From NCBI GenBank assembly GCA_965197645.1, contig OZ240219.1, positions 705,157 through 769,156 on the forward strand: a DNA stretch of 64,000 nt. Direction: 5' to 3'. The translations under genes and the position numbers were made by a program. Positions 9,166 to 18,455 of the stretch are shown here, piece after piece. The stretch comes from Dehalococcoidia bacterium (GTDB taxonomy: Bacteria; Chloroflexota; Dehalococcoidia; Plut-88900). Under the pieces are notes generated by a model that had not been told where the DNA came from, did not search any database, and saw nothing but the letters and a program-made list of their open reading frames with translations. The stretch's first letter is position 1; each line of letters starts with the position of its first letter.

Positions 9166-10959
9166 TTGCGCAAGATACTGTTTATTCTTACCGTGGCGGG
9201 CCTGTTGCTGGCTCCGGCCGGTTGCGGAGGCGAGCCGGACCCCCCCGGACCGGCTACGTTGAACCCCTTCCCACCCCCCGGCGATAACGGGGTGGTGCTC
9301 CCACGGGCCCGGACCTTCTATTCCGGGAGGCAGCCCTTCGGCATTCTTTACGATGGCGAATACATGTGGCTGGCCAACATGTCCGATGATACGGTGTCCA
9401 AGTACTCGCGGAAGAGCGAGCTCCTGGGCACGTTCCCGGTGGGCAAGTGGCCCATGGACATCGCCTTCGATGGGGAACACGTCTGGACGGCGAACAAGGG
9501 AGACGGCACAGTATCCAAGCTGACCAGGGATGGCCGGGTCGTCGGTTCATTCCACCTGGGCGGTCAACCCTACTCACTGGCCTTCGACGGCGAGGATATC
9601 TGGGTTGTGGACTACGCTGAGGACTCGGTGTCCAAGCTCAGCCGGCAGGGAGACCTGCTGGGGACCTTCCCGGTGGGAGACCAGCCCAGGGACGTAGTGT
9701 TCGATGGCGAATCGATATGGGTGGCCAACGAGCTGGACCTATCCGTGACCAAGCTGGAGATGGACGGCTCCATCGTCGGGACCTTTCCCATCGGCGATGG
9801 CCCTGTGAACATGGCGGTATACAACGATACGGTCTGGATCGCGGCCAGGACGAGCATGAGGCGGATATCGTTGGATGGGGAGCTGATAGGGACCTACCTG
9901 GAGTGGATGTGGCTGGAAAGCATCCTTGTGTCGGGCGACGACCTGTGGGTCGGGGTCCGGTCCAACGACTCGGTGCTCCGGCTGGATGCGGCCACGGGAG
10001 AGGTGGAGGCCCGATTTTCGACGGGAAGCTGCCTGCCCTATGGGCTGGCAACGGACGGCTCCACCCTGTGGGTGGCGGAGGCGGGCTGCTCGGAGGTTGC
10101 CCACTGGGACCTGGAGGGGGGACACGAGTTCGTCACCTACGTGGCGGAAAGCAACCCCACAGATATGGTCCACGCCCTCGATGGGATATGGGTATCTAAC
10201 AGGGCCAGCGCCACCGTCACCAAGTTCAGTACCGATGGCAGGGTGCTCAAGGTGGTGAGGGTGGGTGCCAAACCCGGCCCACTGGCCTTCGATGGCCGGA
10301 ACGTGTGGGTGGTGGGCAAAGGCGGCTGGACCCTCACCAAGCTCAGGGCCAACGGCAAGTTCAGGAGCACGATACAGCTGGAGCACCGGCCGGAGGACCT
10401 CGTCTTCGACGGCCAACAGCTGTGGGTCTCCTTTCCCGGTGCCGATCAAGTGTCTCGCTTTTCACTGGACGGGAAGAGGACGGGAGATTTCAGCCTCCAG
10501 GGCAAGCCGACGGACATGGAGGCGGGCGCAGGGTACCTGTGGGTGGCCATGAGGGACAGGGACGAGGTGGTCAAGCTATCGTCGGAAGGGGTCCCGCTGG
10601 GGAGGTTCGCGGTGGGAGACAAGCCGGGATCGCTTCTCTTTGATGGCGAGAGCCTTTGGGTCGGCAACCTCGGCGACAACACCCTGTTGAAATTGGACCA
10701 GAACGGAAGGGTGCTGGACACCTTCGAGTTTGGCGCTGCGCCGGGGGCGTTGGGGTTTGACGGCCAGCATATCTGGGTGTCTCCCTGGTATGATGCCGCC
10801 GTGTTGAGCCCCGGCATCGCCACCTTGACCCCGGCCGGGGAGAGGGTTGCGCTACTGCCGGTGGGGTTCAACGCCGGATCGATGGTGTTCGATGGGAAGC
10901 GGATGTGGCTGTCGAACCCTACGGGAGATACGGTCTCGCGTGTTACGCTGACTCCCTAA
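9166..10959 (+). CDS. lipoprotein built from ~14 tandem ~40-aa beta-propeller blades (NHL/YVTN/Vgb-like)
   Basis: TTG start and lipobox LLAPAGC. The blade motif G.[QK]P..[LMV].FDG..[IL]WV.N....V.KL recurs about 14 times. Confidence 0.8.
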   Translation: MRKILFILTVAGLLLAPAGCGGEPDPPGPATLNPFPPPGDNGVVLPRARTFYSGRQPFGILYDGEYMWLANMSDDTVSKYSRKSELLGTFPVGKWPMDIAFDGEHVWTANKGDGTVSKLTRDGRVVGSFHLGGQPYSLAFDGEDIWVVDYAEDSVSKLSRQGDLLGTFPVGDQPRDVVFDGESIWVANELDLSVTKLEMDGSIVGTFPIGDGPVNMAVYNDTVWIAARTSMRRISLDGELIGTYLEWMWLESILVSGDDLWVGVRSNDSVLRLDAATGEVEARFSTGSCLPYGLATDGSTLWVAEAGCSEVAHWDLEGGHEFVTYVAESNPTDMVHALDGIWVSNRASATVTKFSTDGRVLKVVRVGAKPGPLAFDGRNVWVVGKGGWTLTKLRANGKFRSTIQLEHRPEDLVFDGQQLWVSFPGADQVSRFSLDGKRTGDFSLQGKPTDMEAGAGYLWVAMRDRDEVVKLSSEGVPLGRFAVGDKPGSLLFDGESLWVGNLGDNTLLKLDQNGRVLDTFEFGAAPGALGFDGQHIWVSPWYDAAVLSPGIATLTPAGERVALLPVGFNAGSMVFDGKRMWLSNPTGDTVSRVTLTP

Positions 10960-11168
10960 AGGCGTCCCTGCAGTTTCGCCCCTCTGCACACTTCCTTTTC
11001 TGTCAATCTGGTAACCCTAGTTTGGGGAGTAAGGAGCCCGCGGCTCCAATCCGGGGCGGGGGGAGGGCAACCCAACCTGGGGGCGGGGCGCCCTTCCATC
11101 AACCCAGGCTCCGCTCACATGGAAGGAAACCTAACCCTCTTAGGCGGTAGCCCTAAGCGCCCTCGCTA

Positions 11169-11207
11169 GATTGCCACGCCCCGACTATGTCGGGGCTCGC
11201 AATGACG
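11169..11207 (+). repeat. family A repeat core (single copy)
   Basis: The sequence gattgccacgccccgactatgtcggggctcgcaatgacg lies between the convergent propeller and mnmG genes. Confidence 0.85.
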
Positions 11208-11263
11208 AAGGCATAGATTCCGTCCAGCCGACGCGGGCGGGTGAGACAACCAACGCTGCGAGG

Positions 11264-13219
11264 TCAATTTCGGGGTCGGCTGCGCTCCAGGTGGACCATG
11301 AGCACGCTCAGGTCCGAGGGCGTTACGCCGCTTATCCGGCCCGCCTGGCCGAGGGTCATGGGACGAAACCGACCGAGCTTCTCTCGGCTTTCGTTGGAGA
11401 GGCCGACGATCTCCTGGTAGTCGATGTCGCCGGGGATGGCACGCTCCTCCATGCGGGCGATGCGCTGGACCTCCTTGAGCTGTCGGTCGATATAGCTCTG
11501 GTACTTAGCCTCGGTCTCCACCTGCTCGGCGGTGCGGGTCTCTAGTCGGGCATCGCCCAGGCCCAGGGAAAGCATCGTCGGGTAGTCGACTTCCGGGCGG
11601 CGCAGAAACTCCAGCGCCGACGTGGACCTGGTCACGGGTGCTAGACCGTGGGCGGCTAGGCGATCTCCCAGGGCGCCGTTCTGGGGAACGTAGCTGGCAG
11701 CAAGCCTCTGCAGCTCTCCCGATATCCTGTCTCGCTTGTTCTCCAGCGCCTGGGACCGGGCGTCGTCCAGGAGGCCCAGATCATGACCGATGGGGCCCAG
11801 GCGTAGGTCGGCGTTGTCCTGTCTGAGCAGGAGCCGGTACTCGGCGCGGGAGGTCATCAGGCGATAGGGTTCGGAGTGGTCCTGGGTGACCAGGTCGTCG
11901 ATCATAACCCCAAGGTAGGCTTGGTCGCGGCGCAGGACCAGCGGAGGTCTGCCCTTGACCTTGAGGGCCGCGTTGATGCCCGCCAGAAGTCCCTGCCCGG
12001 CAGCTTCCTCGTAGCCGGAGGTGCCGCAAATCTGCCCGGCGAAGTATAGGCCGGACACCAGCCGGGACTCGAGGCTGGCCCTGGTCTGGCTGGTGATGAC
12101 GTAGTCGTACTCCACGGCATAACCGAGTCGCAGTATTTCGGCGTGCTCCAGGGCCGGGATGGAGCGGACCATAGCGTGCTGCACATCTTCGGGAAGGCTG
12201 GTGTTTGCCCCTTGAAGGTAGACCTCGTTGGTCTCCCAGCCCTCGGGCTCCAGGAACAGGCCGTGGGAGTCCTTGTGCGCGAACCGGACGATCTTGTCTT
12301 CGATGGAGGGGCAGTACCGGGGTCCAACCCCCTCTATCATGCCGGTGAACATCGGCGCCCGGTGAAGGTTATCTCGAATGACCTGGTGGGTGGCCCCGTT
12401 GGTATGGACCAGGTAGCAGGGCATCTGCGGCCGCCAGCTGCTGTCCGGGCCGGGCGGATAGGCGGGGTTGGGGTGAGGGAAGTCCAGTTCGTCTCCATGC
12501 GGACCCCAGAAGCTGAAGTGAAGGGGCGTATCACTGCCGGGTTGGAGCCTGGTGCGAGAGTAATCGATGGAGCCGGCCTCGATGCGGGGAGGGGTGCCCG
12601 TCTTCAACCTGCCCAGCTTGAAGCCCATCCGTCGAAGGCTCTTGGAGACGCCCATGGCGGCGGGTTCGCCGGCCCTGCCTCCGGTGTAGGCTTTCTCTCC
12701 CATGATGATGCGGCCTCCCAGGGACGTGCCGGTGGTCAGAACTACGGTCTTGCCGCGGAACACGGCGCCGTCCCGGGCCCTGAGGTAGAGGCCTTGGCTT
12801 CCCTCCATCGGCCCCAGGTCTTCGATCAGCGCCTGGGTGATGGTGAGGTTGGCCTGGGCCTCGAGGGCTTCCCGCATTTCCAGGCCGTACAGCTTCTTGT
12901 CGGCCTGGGCGCGGAGGGCCTGGACGGCAGGTCCTTTGCCGGTGTTGAGCATCCTTATCTGGATGAAGGTCTTATCGATGTTGCGCGCCATCTCGCCGCC
13001 CAGGGCATCGATCTCCCGAACGAGATGGCCCTTGGCCGGCCCGCCGATGGAGGGGTTGCACGGCATGAGCGCAATGTGCTCCAGCTTCATGGTGAGCACC
13101 AGGGTGGAGCAGCCCATTCGAGCGGCGGCCAGGGCGGCCTCGCAGCCGGCGTGACCACCACCCACGACGATGACGTCGTAAACGAGTCCGTTCAAATTCT
13201 TATCCTGCTGAGGCGGCAT
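11264..13219 (-). CDS. mnmG: tRNA uridine 5-carboxymethylaminomethyl modification enzyme MnmG (GidA)
   Basis: 651 aa. Has the FAD motif VIVVGGGHAGCEAA and conserved GQINGTSGYEEAA-like (GQICGTSGYEEAAGQG) motif. Confidence 0.95.
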   Translation of the reverse strand: MPPQQDKNLNGLVYDVIVVGGGHAGCEAALAAARMGCSTLVLTMKLEHIALMPCNPSIGGPAKGHLVREIDALGGEMARNIDKTFIQIRMLNTGKGPAVQALRAQADKKLYGLEMREALEAQANLTITQALIEDLGPMEGSQGLYLRARDGAVFRGKTVVLTTGTSLGGRIIMGEKAYTGGRAGEPAAMGVSKSLRRMGFKLGRLKTGTPPRIEAGSIDYSRTRLQPGSDTPLHFSFWGPHGDELDFPHPNPAYPPGPDSSWRPQMPCYLVHTNGATHQVIRDNLHRAPMFTGMIEGVGPRYCPSIEDKIVRFAHKDSHGLFLEPEGWETNEVYLQGANTSLPEDVQHAMVRSIPALEHAEILRLGYAVEYDYVITSQTRASLESRLVSGLYFAGQICGTSGYEEAAGQGLLAGINAALKVKGRPPLVLRRDQAYLGVMIDDLVTQDHSEPYRLMTSRAEYRLLLRQDNADLRLGPIGHDLGLLDDARSQALENKRDRISGELQRLAASYVPQNGALGDRLAAHGLAPVTRSTSALEFLRRPEVDYPTMLSLGLGDARLETRTAEQVETEAKYQSYIDRQLKEVQRIARMEERAIPGDIDYQEIVGLSNESREKLGRFRPMTLGQAGRISGVTPSDLSVLMVHLERSRPRN

Positions 13220-13318
13220 GGAGATATATTACCCCGGCTGTCGACTAGCCGGCGAGGACAGCGTGCTATACTAAAATCGGATGCGGACCTACTTGCTAGA
13301 CCCGGCGGAGGACTGGGT

Positions 13319-13603
13319 ATGAACCTCTTCAACGTGGGCGCCCTGGAGATAATGGTGATTGTGGTGCTGGCATTCATCCTCTTCGGGCCGCAGAAGCTGC
13401 TGGGCCTGGTCGCTTCGTTGCGCAAGGCGTTCACCGAGTTCCAGAGGAACGTCTCCGACGTGGCCTCGGCGGCGATGGAGCAGCACGAGGCCAGCGAGGC
13501 CGAGGCCGCCCCCGATGATCGGGCCGAGTTCGTTCGTGAGAGCCCATCGAGACAGGAAAAGCCCAGTCGACTCAACGAGCTCCGCGGAGAAGACGAGGGG
13601 TGA
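13319..13603 (+). CDS. twin-arginine translocase TatA/TatB-family protein (94 aa)
   Basis: MNLFNVGALEIMVIVVLAFILFGPQKL gives an N-terminal TM segment plus amphipathic helix. RBS GGAGGA. Lies immediately upstream of tatC. Confidence 0.8.
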   Translation: MNLFNVGALEIMVIVVLAFILFGPQKLLGLVASLRKAFTEFQRNVSDVASAAMEQHEASEAEAAPDDRAEFVRESPSRQEKPSRLNELRGEDEG

Positions 13604-13631
13604 AGAGGCTCCGCCTAACGGGTCCTGCCAA

Positions 13632-14387
13632 ATGAGGGAACAGGACAGGCAGACCATATTCGAGCACCTGACGGAGCTGCGCAGCCGACTTGTAAAGTCG
13701 GTGATAGCGCTGACCGTGGGTACCGGCATAGCCGCTGGGCTGACCTTCCCGGTGCTCAAGTTCCTCAAGCGCCCGGCCGGCGACATAGCCCTGGTGTACA
13801 TCGATCCCACGGAGCTGATTGGCACCTACTTCAAGGTGGCCCTACTCGGCGGGCTGATAATAGCCATGCCCGTGGTGCTGTACCAGCTGATCATGTTCGT
13901 TGCGCCCGGGCTGACCACCCGAGAGAAGAGGTACATCGGCGTGGCCCTGCCAGCGGCGTTTCTATGTTTCGTCGCCGGGGTGTTCTTTACCTGGTACATC
14001 CTGCTGCCCCCTGCGCTGGACTTCCTCTTCAGCTTCGGGAGCAGCGTGGCCGAGCCCCAGATACGCATCAGCCGGTACGTCCACCTGGTGATCATGTTGT
14101 CCTTCTGGACGGGGGTCTCCTTCCAGACGCCCTTGCTGATGCTCATCTTTGCCCGGCTGGGGATAGTGAGTCCGAAGGGGTTCGCCAGGAAGCGAAAGGT
14201 CGCCGTACTGGGCGCATTCGTTGCCGGGGCGGTCTTCACCCCCACCTTCGATCCGATCAACCAGACGCTCCTGGCCAGCCCGATAATCGTGCTGTACGAG
14301 GTGGGGATATGGCTATCGAAGCTGGCGGCCCGGCAGAGAAGACGCTCGGCCGAGCGGGCCCGGGATGCCCTGGAAGGCACGGGGTAG
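13632..14387 (+). CDS. tatC: twin-arginine translocase subunit TatC
   Basis: Contains IFEHLTELRSRL, six predicted TM segments and FTPTFDP near the C-terminus. The start was chosen at the MREQDRQ methionine. Confidence 0.9.
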   Translation: MREQDRQTIFEHLTELRSRLVKSVIALTVGTGIAAGLTFPVLKFLKRPAGDIALVYIDPTELIGTYFKVALLGGLIIAMPVVLYQLIMFVAPGLTTREKRYIGVALPAAFLCFVAGVFFTWYILLPPALDFLFSFGSSVAEPQIRISRYVHLVIMLSFWTGVSFQTPLLMLIFARLGIVSPKGFARKRKVAVLGAFVAGAVFTPTFDPINQTLLASPIIVLYEVGIWLSKLAARQRRRSAERARDALEGTG

Positions 14388-14415
14388 GTTAGGCCTTTCG
14401 CGACCATCCCCCTGG

Positions 14416-14439
14416 CCCCCTTCCTGGCCAGGAAGGGGG
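14416..14439. terminator. perfect 24-nt palindrome between convergent genes (possible bidirectional terminator)
   Basis: The palindrome cccccttcctgg/ccaggaaggggg has no canonical T-tract on either side. Confidence 0.3.
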
Positions 14440-14646
14440 TAAGAAAAAGGGATAGTTTCTGAGGGACACCCCTTCGGCGGGCTCAGGGCAGGCTCTCAGG
14501 CTCCCGGCCCCCAGCAGGCAGTCCCAGAAGAATTGGCTTCGCCCCTCTGCACACCCTGAGTCCTAGCGATCCGCTAACCGCCCCTTCAGAGGAAGAGAGC
14601 CGTTGGCTCCCATGCGGGGTGGGTGGGAGGGAAAAACCACCTTTCT

Positions 14647-15690
14647 CTAGGGCGAGGCCACAGACCGGGTTACGGCACGGCTGTAGTCAACCTCGCTGCC
14701 CCAGGAGACTAAGTAGGTGGAGAATCCGCCGGCTCCGCCCCCTGCAACCATGATCAGGAAGTCGTCGGGGGTGTCCACGACGGACATCGAGTCCACACCG
14801 ACGCCGTAGTCATGCTTGCCGCTGTTGGGAATCCTCTCCCAGAAGGACACGGGCATGGTGGCGGCCTGGAAGAGATGCCGCTTCACCTGTTCCTTGGACC
14901 ATCCTGCCCCATGGATGATGCGCAGGTGCTCCGGCACGATCACCACAAGTATCTGACCTCCCCGGGCGTAGTAGGGATAGTGAACGATGCTGCGGGCCAG
15001 GTTATCAAGCACCTCCTCGGGGGTCTGGCTGAGATGGTCCGAGACCTGCACGGGCGCGTAGCAGGCGATGGCAGTCACCGCGCTCTCATCAACCGGGTAG
15101 CCGAAGTCACAGCGAAGGGGGAGCCAGGGCGTCAACTCCTCGTCTTCAGCGATGCATGCTGAGTACTTACCCGGGTTCCCGACGGTCGACCTGTCCAGCA
15201 CACCGGGCCTCGCTTCGCACACGTTCATGATGACGAGCCTGATCGCCCTGCCTATGGCGGCGTTGGCCCGCTTGGTGGGGCCGAAGACGTTGGCGCCGTA
15301 GTTGACGTCCAGCTCCCCGGCGATCGGTCCGCCCACGATCAGCATATGGGACGCGCCCGAGGTGCTGGCCGCGGTGGAGTGGAGGCCGAACTCGGGCCGG
15401 GTCATCGCTTCGACTCCTGCGACGAGTACCGGCATGTACTCCGGCAAGCAGCCTGCCATAACCGCGTTGACGGCTATCTTCTCGGCGGTGATGGTCCGGT
15501 CTCCAACCTCGACTCGACCGACCACGTGATCGGGCTCCAGTTGGGCATGGGCGAGGAACTCGGTTACCAGCTCAGGAGTGGGAGGGATGATGGGCAGACC
15601 ATCGGTAAGACCCTCCCGGTGGTATAGCTCGATGGCTTCAAGGAAGCCGACCACCTCGCGGGAGCCGTAGGACGATGGTCCGTTCGGCAT
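14647..15690 (-). CDS. conserved hypothetical protein (347 aa)
   Basis: Long ORF with coding-like composition. Motifs GLTDGLPIIPPT and AVNAVMAGCLPEYMP could not be assigned to a named family. Confidence 0.7.
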   Translation of the reverse strand: MPNGPSSYGSREVVGFLEAIELYHREGLTDGLPIIPPTPELVTEFLAHAQLEPDHVVGRVEVGDRTITAEKIAVNAVMAGCLPEYMPVLVAGVEAMTRPEFGLHSTAASTSGASHMLIVGGPIAGELDVNYGANVFGPTKRANAAIGRAIRLVIMNVCEARPGVLDRSTVGNPGKYSACIAEDEELTPWLPLRCDFGYPVDESAVTAIACYAPVQVSDHLSQTPEEVLDNLARSIVHYPYYARGGQILVVIVPEHLRIIHGAGWSKEQVKRHLFQAATMPVSFWERIPNSGKHDYGVGVDSMSVVDTPDDFLIMVAGGGAGGFSTYLVSWGSEVDYSRAVTRSVASP

Positions 15691-15791
15691 GTTTGTCCTC
15701 CTCCCAAACCGAGGGGATTATATCACCGCAACAGGGCCGGCTTTCCCCATGTACTTCACGCGGCCCCCGGATATAGAATGCCCAAGAGCAG

Positions 15792-17846
15792 ATGATTATC
15801 AAGTCTCTACTGTTCAATCCAAAGCCTTCCCTGTCCAGCAAGGAGATCGTCCGGGGCTCCCGGATGCTGGTCTGGGAGGGCATGTGCTCCAACGCCATGT
15901 TCAGCGTCCTGACCAGCGGTCTGCTGGCAGCCTACGCTCTGGCCCTGGGCGCCAACAATCTCCAGATAGGGATCATATCCGCGATCCCTTTCGTCACCCA
16001 GCTCGCACAGATACCCTCGGTGGTGCTGGTGGAGCGATTCAAGAGTCGTAAAGCGATCGCGACCACTACCTTCCTGGTAGGCCAGCTGCTGTGGTTCCTG
16101 ATCGCCAGCATTCCGTTGTTCACGTCGACACCGGGCTCGGTAGCCACATATCTGCTACTCGGTGTCCTGGCGGCCCGCGGCACCATACTGGCGCTGAGCA
16201 CGACGGCTTGGAACGGATGGGTCAGGGACCTTCTGCCCCAGTCCCGGCTGGGAGACGCCTTTTCCAGACGGCTGGCGTGGGGCACCACCGCCACCATAAT
16301 CTTCGGGATAAGCAGCGCTCTCTTCATCGACTATTGGCGCGGGCGCACGGAGGGCGAGACCGAGCTATGGGGCTATACCCTGGTGCTGATCATAGGGGCC
16401 TCCACCTTCGGTCTCGCCGCTCCCATATTCATGGCGTTCATGCCGGAACGTTCGATGGCGCCGGTGAGCAAGGCCCAACCATCCGTTTTCAAGGCCTTGG
16501 CCATCCCCCTCCGCGACCCCAATTTCAGATCTCTGCTGCTCTTTCTGCTGCTGTTCATGGGCTCCCTCTACCTGGCTGTGCCGTTCTTTGCCGTCTACAT
16601 GTTCCAGCGCCTCGATTTTCCCGTCTCCGCCGTGATAGGCCTCTACATGTTGAGCCAGATATCCAACCTGATGTTCGTCAGGGTATGGGGCGGCTTCGTC
16701 GATAGATTCAGCAACAAGGCCGTTCTGTCTCTCTGCGGCTCCCTGCATCTGCTGGTGCTGCTGGGATGGACCTTCACGACCATGCCGGAAAGTTACTTTC
16801 TCACCATCCCCCTCCTGGTGGTCCTGCACATCCTGTTGGGAGCGGCCCAGGCAGGCTTGACCCTTGGCCAATACACCATCGGCATGAAGATGGCGCCGGA
16901 GACCGAGTCCACGTCTTACCTGGCGGCGGTGTCGCTGGCGCTGAGCCTGGGAATAGGGATCGGCCCTCTGCTGGGCGGAGCATTCGCCAACTTCTTCGAG
17001 ATAAGAGAGCTGAGCCTCGGTTTTTCGTGGGTCGACCCCAATAATGTGCACAGCTTCCCGGTGGTGCACCTCACGGGGTTCGATTTCCTGTTTGCAGTGG
17101 CCTTCATCCTGGGGCTGCTTTCCTTGAGGTTTCTAACAACCGTGAAGGAAGAGGGGGAGGTGGAGCAGGAGGTTGTCCTTCAGGAGCTGATGGCCAGGTC
17201 CCAGGGAGTTTCCCGGGCTGTGGGCTGGATACCCGGGCTGCACTTCATTGGCGGCCTGCCCTTGACCCTCCTCCGCTGGGTACCCGGGTTTAACGTGGCG
17301 ATGGGAGTGATGGGCTACGAGCTGGCCACTTCGACCAAGACGGCGGTCTCGGCAGCCAGCAAGGGGCGGGACACGGCCGCCGACATAGCGGAGCGTGTCG
17401 CCCATGCTGTCAACGACGCGGCGGGCGAGATCGGAGAGCTGGGGACACAGGGCGTGGACCTCGCCCGTCAGGCGACCCGCGGCGCGATGCATGGAATAGG
17501 TGAGATATCGGAGGACGTGGGGCATCTCGCTCGAGGTGGCATTCAAGGTGTCATAGAATCGCTGGGACAGACCCGGATCAACAATCTGGAGATGATGTGG
17601 GGGGTGGGCTACGGTGTCGTCCAAGGTGCTGATGAGATCGGGGCGGACCTGGGGGAGGTCGCATCAGAGGCCATCGAGAAGACCCGCGAGGCCGCCAGAG
17701 AGCTTGGGGTGTCCGAAGAGGAGGCAGCGTCCATGGCTGCGGAGGGCGCCCTTGCCGCGGCGGAGGCCCTCGGTGAGGACGCGGCCTCCCAGGTCCTGGC
17801 AGCGTTGTCCGATGAGCTGGTGCCTGACGTGGAGGATGAATCGTAG
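15792..17846 (+). CDS. MFS transporter with ~240-aa soluble C-terminal extension
   Basis: About 12 hydrophobic segments in the first ~440 aa, then an acidic Ala/Gly/Glu-rich tail. The start codon is uncertain. Confidence 0.8.
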   Translation: MIIKSLLFNPKPSLSSKEIVRGSRMLVWEGMCSNAMFSVLTSGLLAAYALALGANNLQIGIISAIPFVTQLAQIPSVVLVERFKSRKAIATTTFLVGQLLWFLIASIPLFTSTPGSVATYLLLGVLAARGTILALSTTAWNGWVRDLLPQSRLGDAFSRRLAWGTTATIIFGISSALFIDYWRGRTEGETELWGYTLVLIIGASTFGLAAPIFMAFMPERSMAPVSKAQPSVFKALAIPLRDPNFRSLLLFLLLFMGSLYLAVPFFAVYMFQRLDFPVSAVIGLYMLSQISNLMFVRVWGGFVDRFSNKAVLSLCGSLHLLVLLGWTFTTMPESYFLTIPLLVVLHILLGAAQAGLTLGQYTIGMKMAPETESTSYLAAVSLALSLGIGIGPLLGGAFANFFEIRELSLGFSWVDPNNVHSFPVVHLTGFDFLFAVAFILGLLSLRFLTTVKEEGEVEQEVVLQELMARSQGVSRAVGWIPGLHFIGGLPLTLLRWVPGFNVAMGVMGYELATSTKTAVSAASKGRDTAADIAERVAHAVNDAAGEIGELGTQGVDLARQATRGAMHGIGEISEDVGHLARGGIQGVIESLGQTRINNLEMMWGVGYGVVQGADEIGADLGEVASEAIEKTREAARELGVSEEEAASMAAEGALAAAEALGEDAASQVLAALSDELVPDVEDES

Positions 17847-17936
17847 TATCACCAAATATGAGGACCTGTCGAAAGGATGTTGGAACGACTCTTCCACGGG
17901 AGAGCGCTCCATCGAGCAACGGGTTAGGAGCAGACC

Positions 17937-18455
17937 ATGGAAGTGGGCGAGGTATTGGCCAACCTTGTAAGGCAAAACGGGGAAATGATAGAAACGGCGC
18001 TGGAGGGCCTCACCGAGGAGGAGCTGTACAAACAGCCCAACGACCAGTGCAACTCCATCGGGTGGCTGTTGTGGCATCTCGCACGGTCGGAGGACGACCT
18101 GGTCTCCCTGATGAACGAAGCGCCGGAGATCTGGACCGAGCAGGGAATAAATGAGAGGTTCGGCATGGGCGCCGAGGAGACGGGCGAGGGTGACGGACAC
18201 GAGAAGATATCCGCTTTCCGCGCCCCATCCACCGACGATCTCAAGTCCTACTGGCGCGCATCGGAGGCGAAGGCGATCAGCTACCTGGATTCGCTGCGAC
18301 CCGCCGATATGGACAGGGAGATGCCGGCGATGGTAGGCGAAGGCACAACGAACCTGTCCACGTACGCAGAGGACACGGTGAACGAGGCGCTGGTCCACGG
18401 CGGCCAGATCGCCTACGTGCGAGGCATGCTCAAGGGCATGGGCTGGTATTTCTAG
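17937..18455 (+). CDS. DinB-family (DinB_2-like) protein
   Basis: 172 aa. Contains NSIGWLLWHLARSEDD and ALVHGGQIAYVRG, typical of the DinB four-helix bundle family. Confidence 0.75.
   Translation: MEVGEVLANLVRQNGEMIETALEGLTEEELYKQPNDQCNSIGWLLWHLARSEDDLVSLMNEAPEIWTEQGINERFGMGAEETGEGDGHEKISAFRAPSTDDLKSYWRASEAKAISYLDSLRPADMDREMPAMVGEGTTNLSTYAEDTVNEALVHGGQIAYVRGMLKGMGWYF

Noticed and set aside
12143-13318. Long + strand ORF fused in frame to the TatA/B-like gene
   Set aside because: The upstream 392 codons are antisense to mnmG. The real gene starts at the ATG at 13319, which has a GGAGGA RBS.
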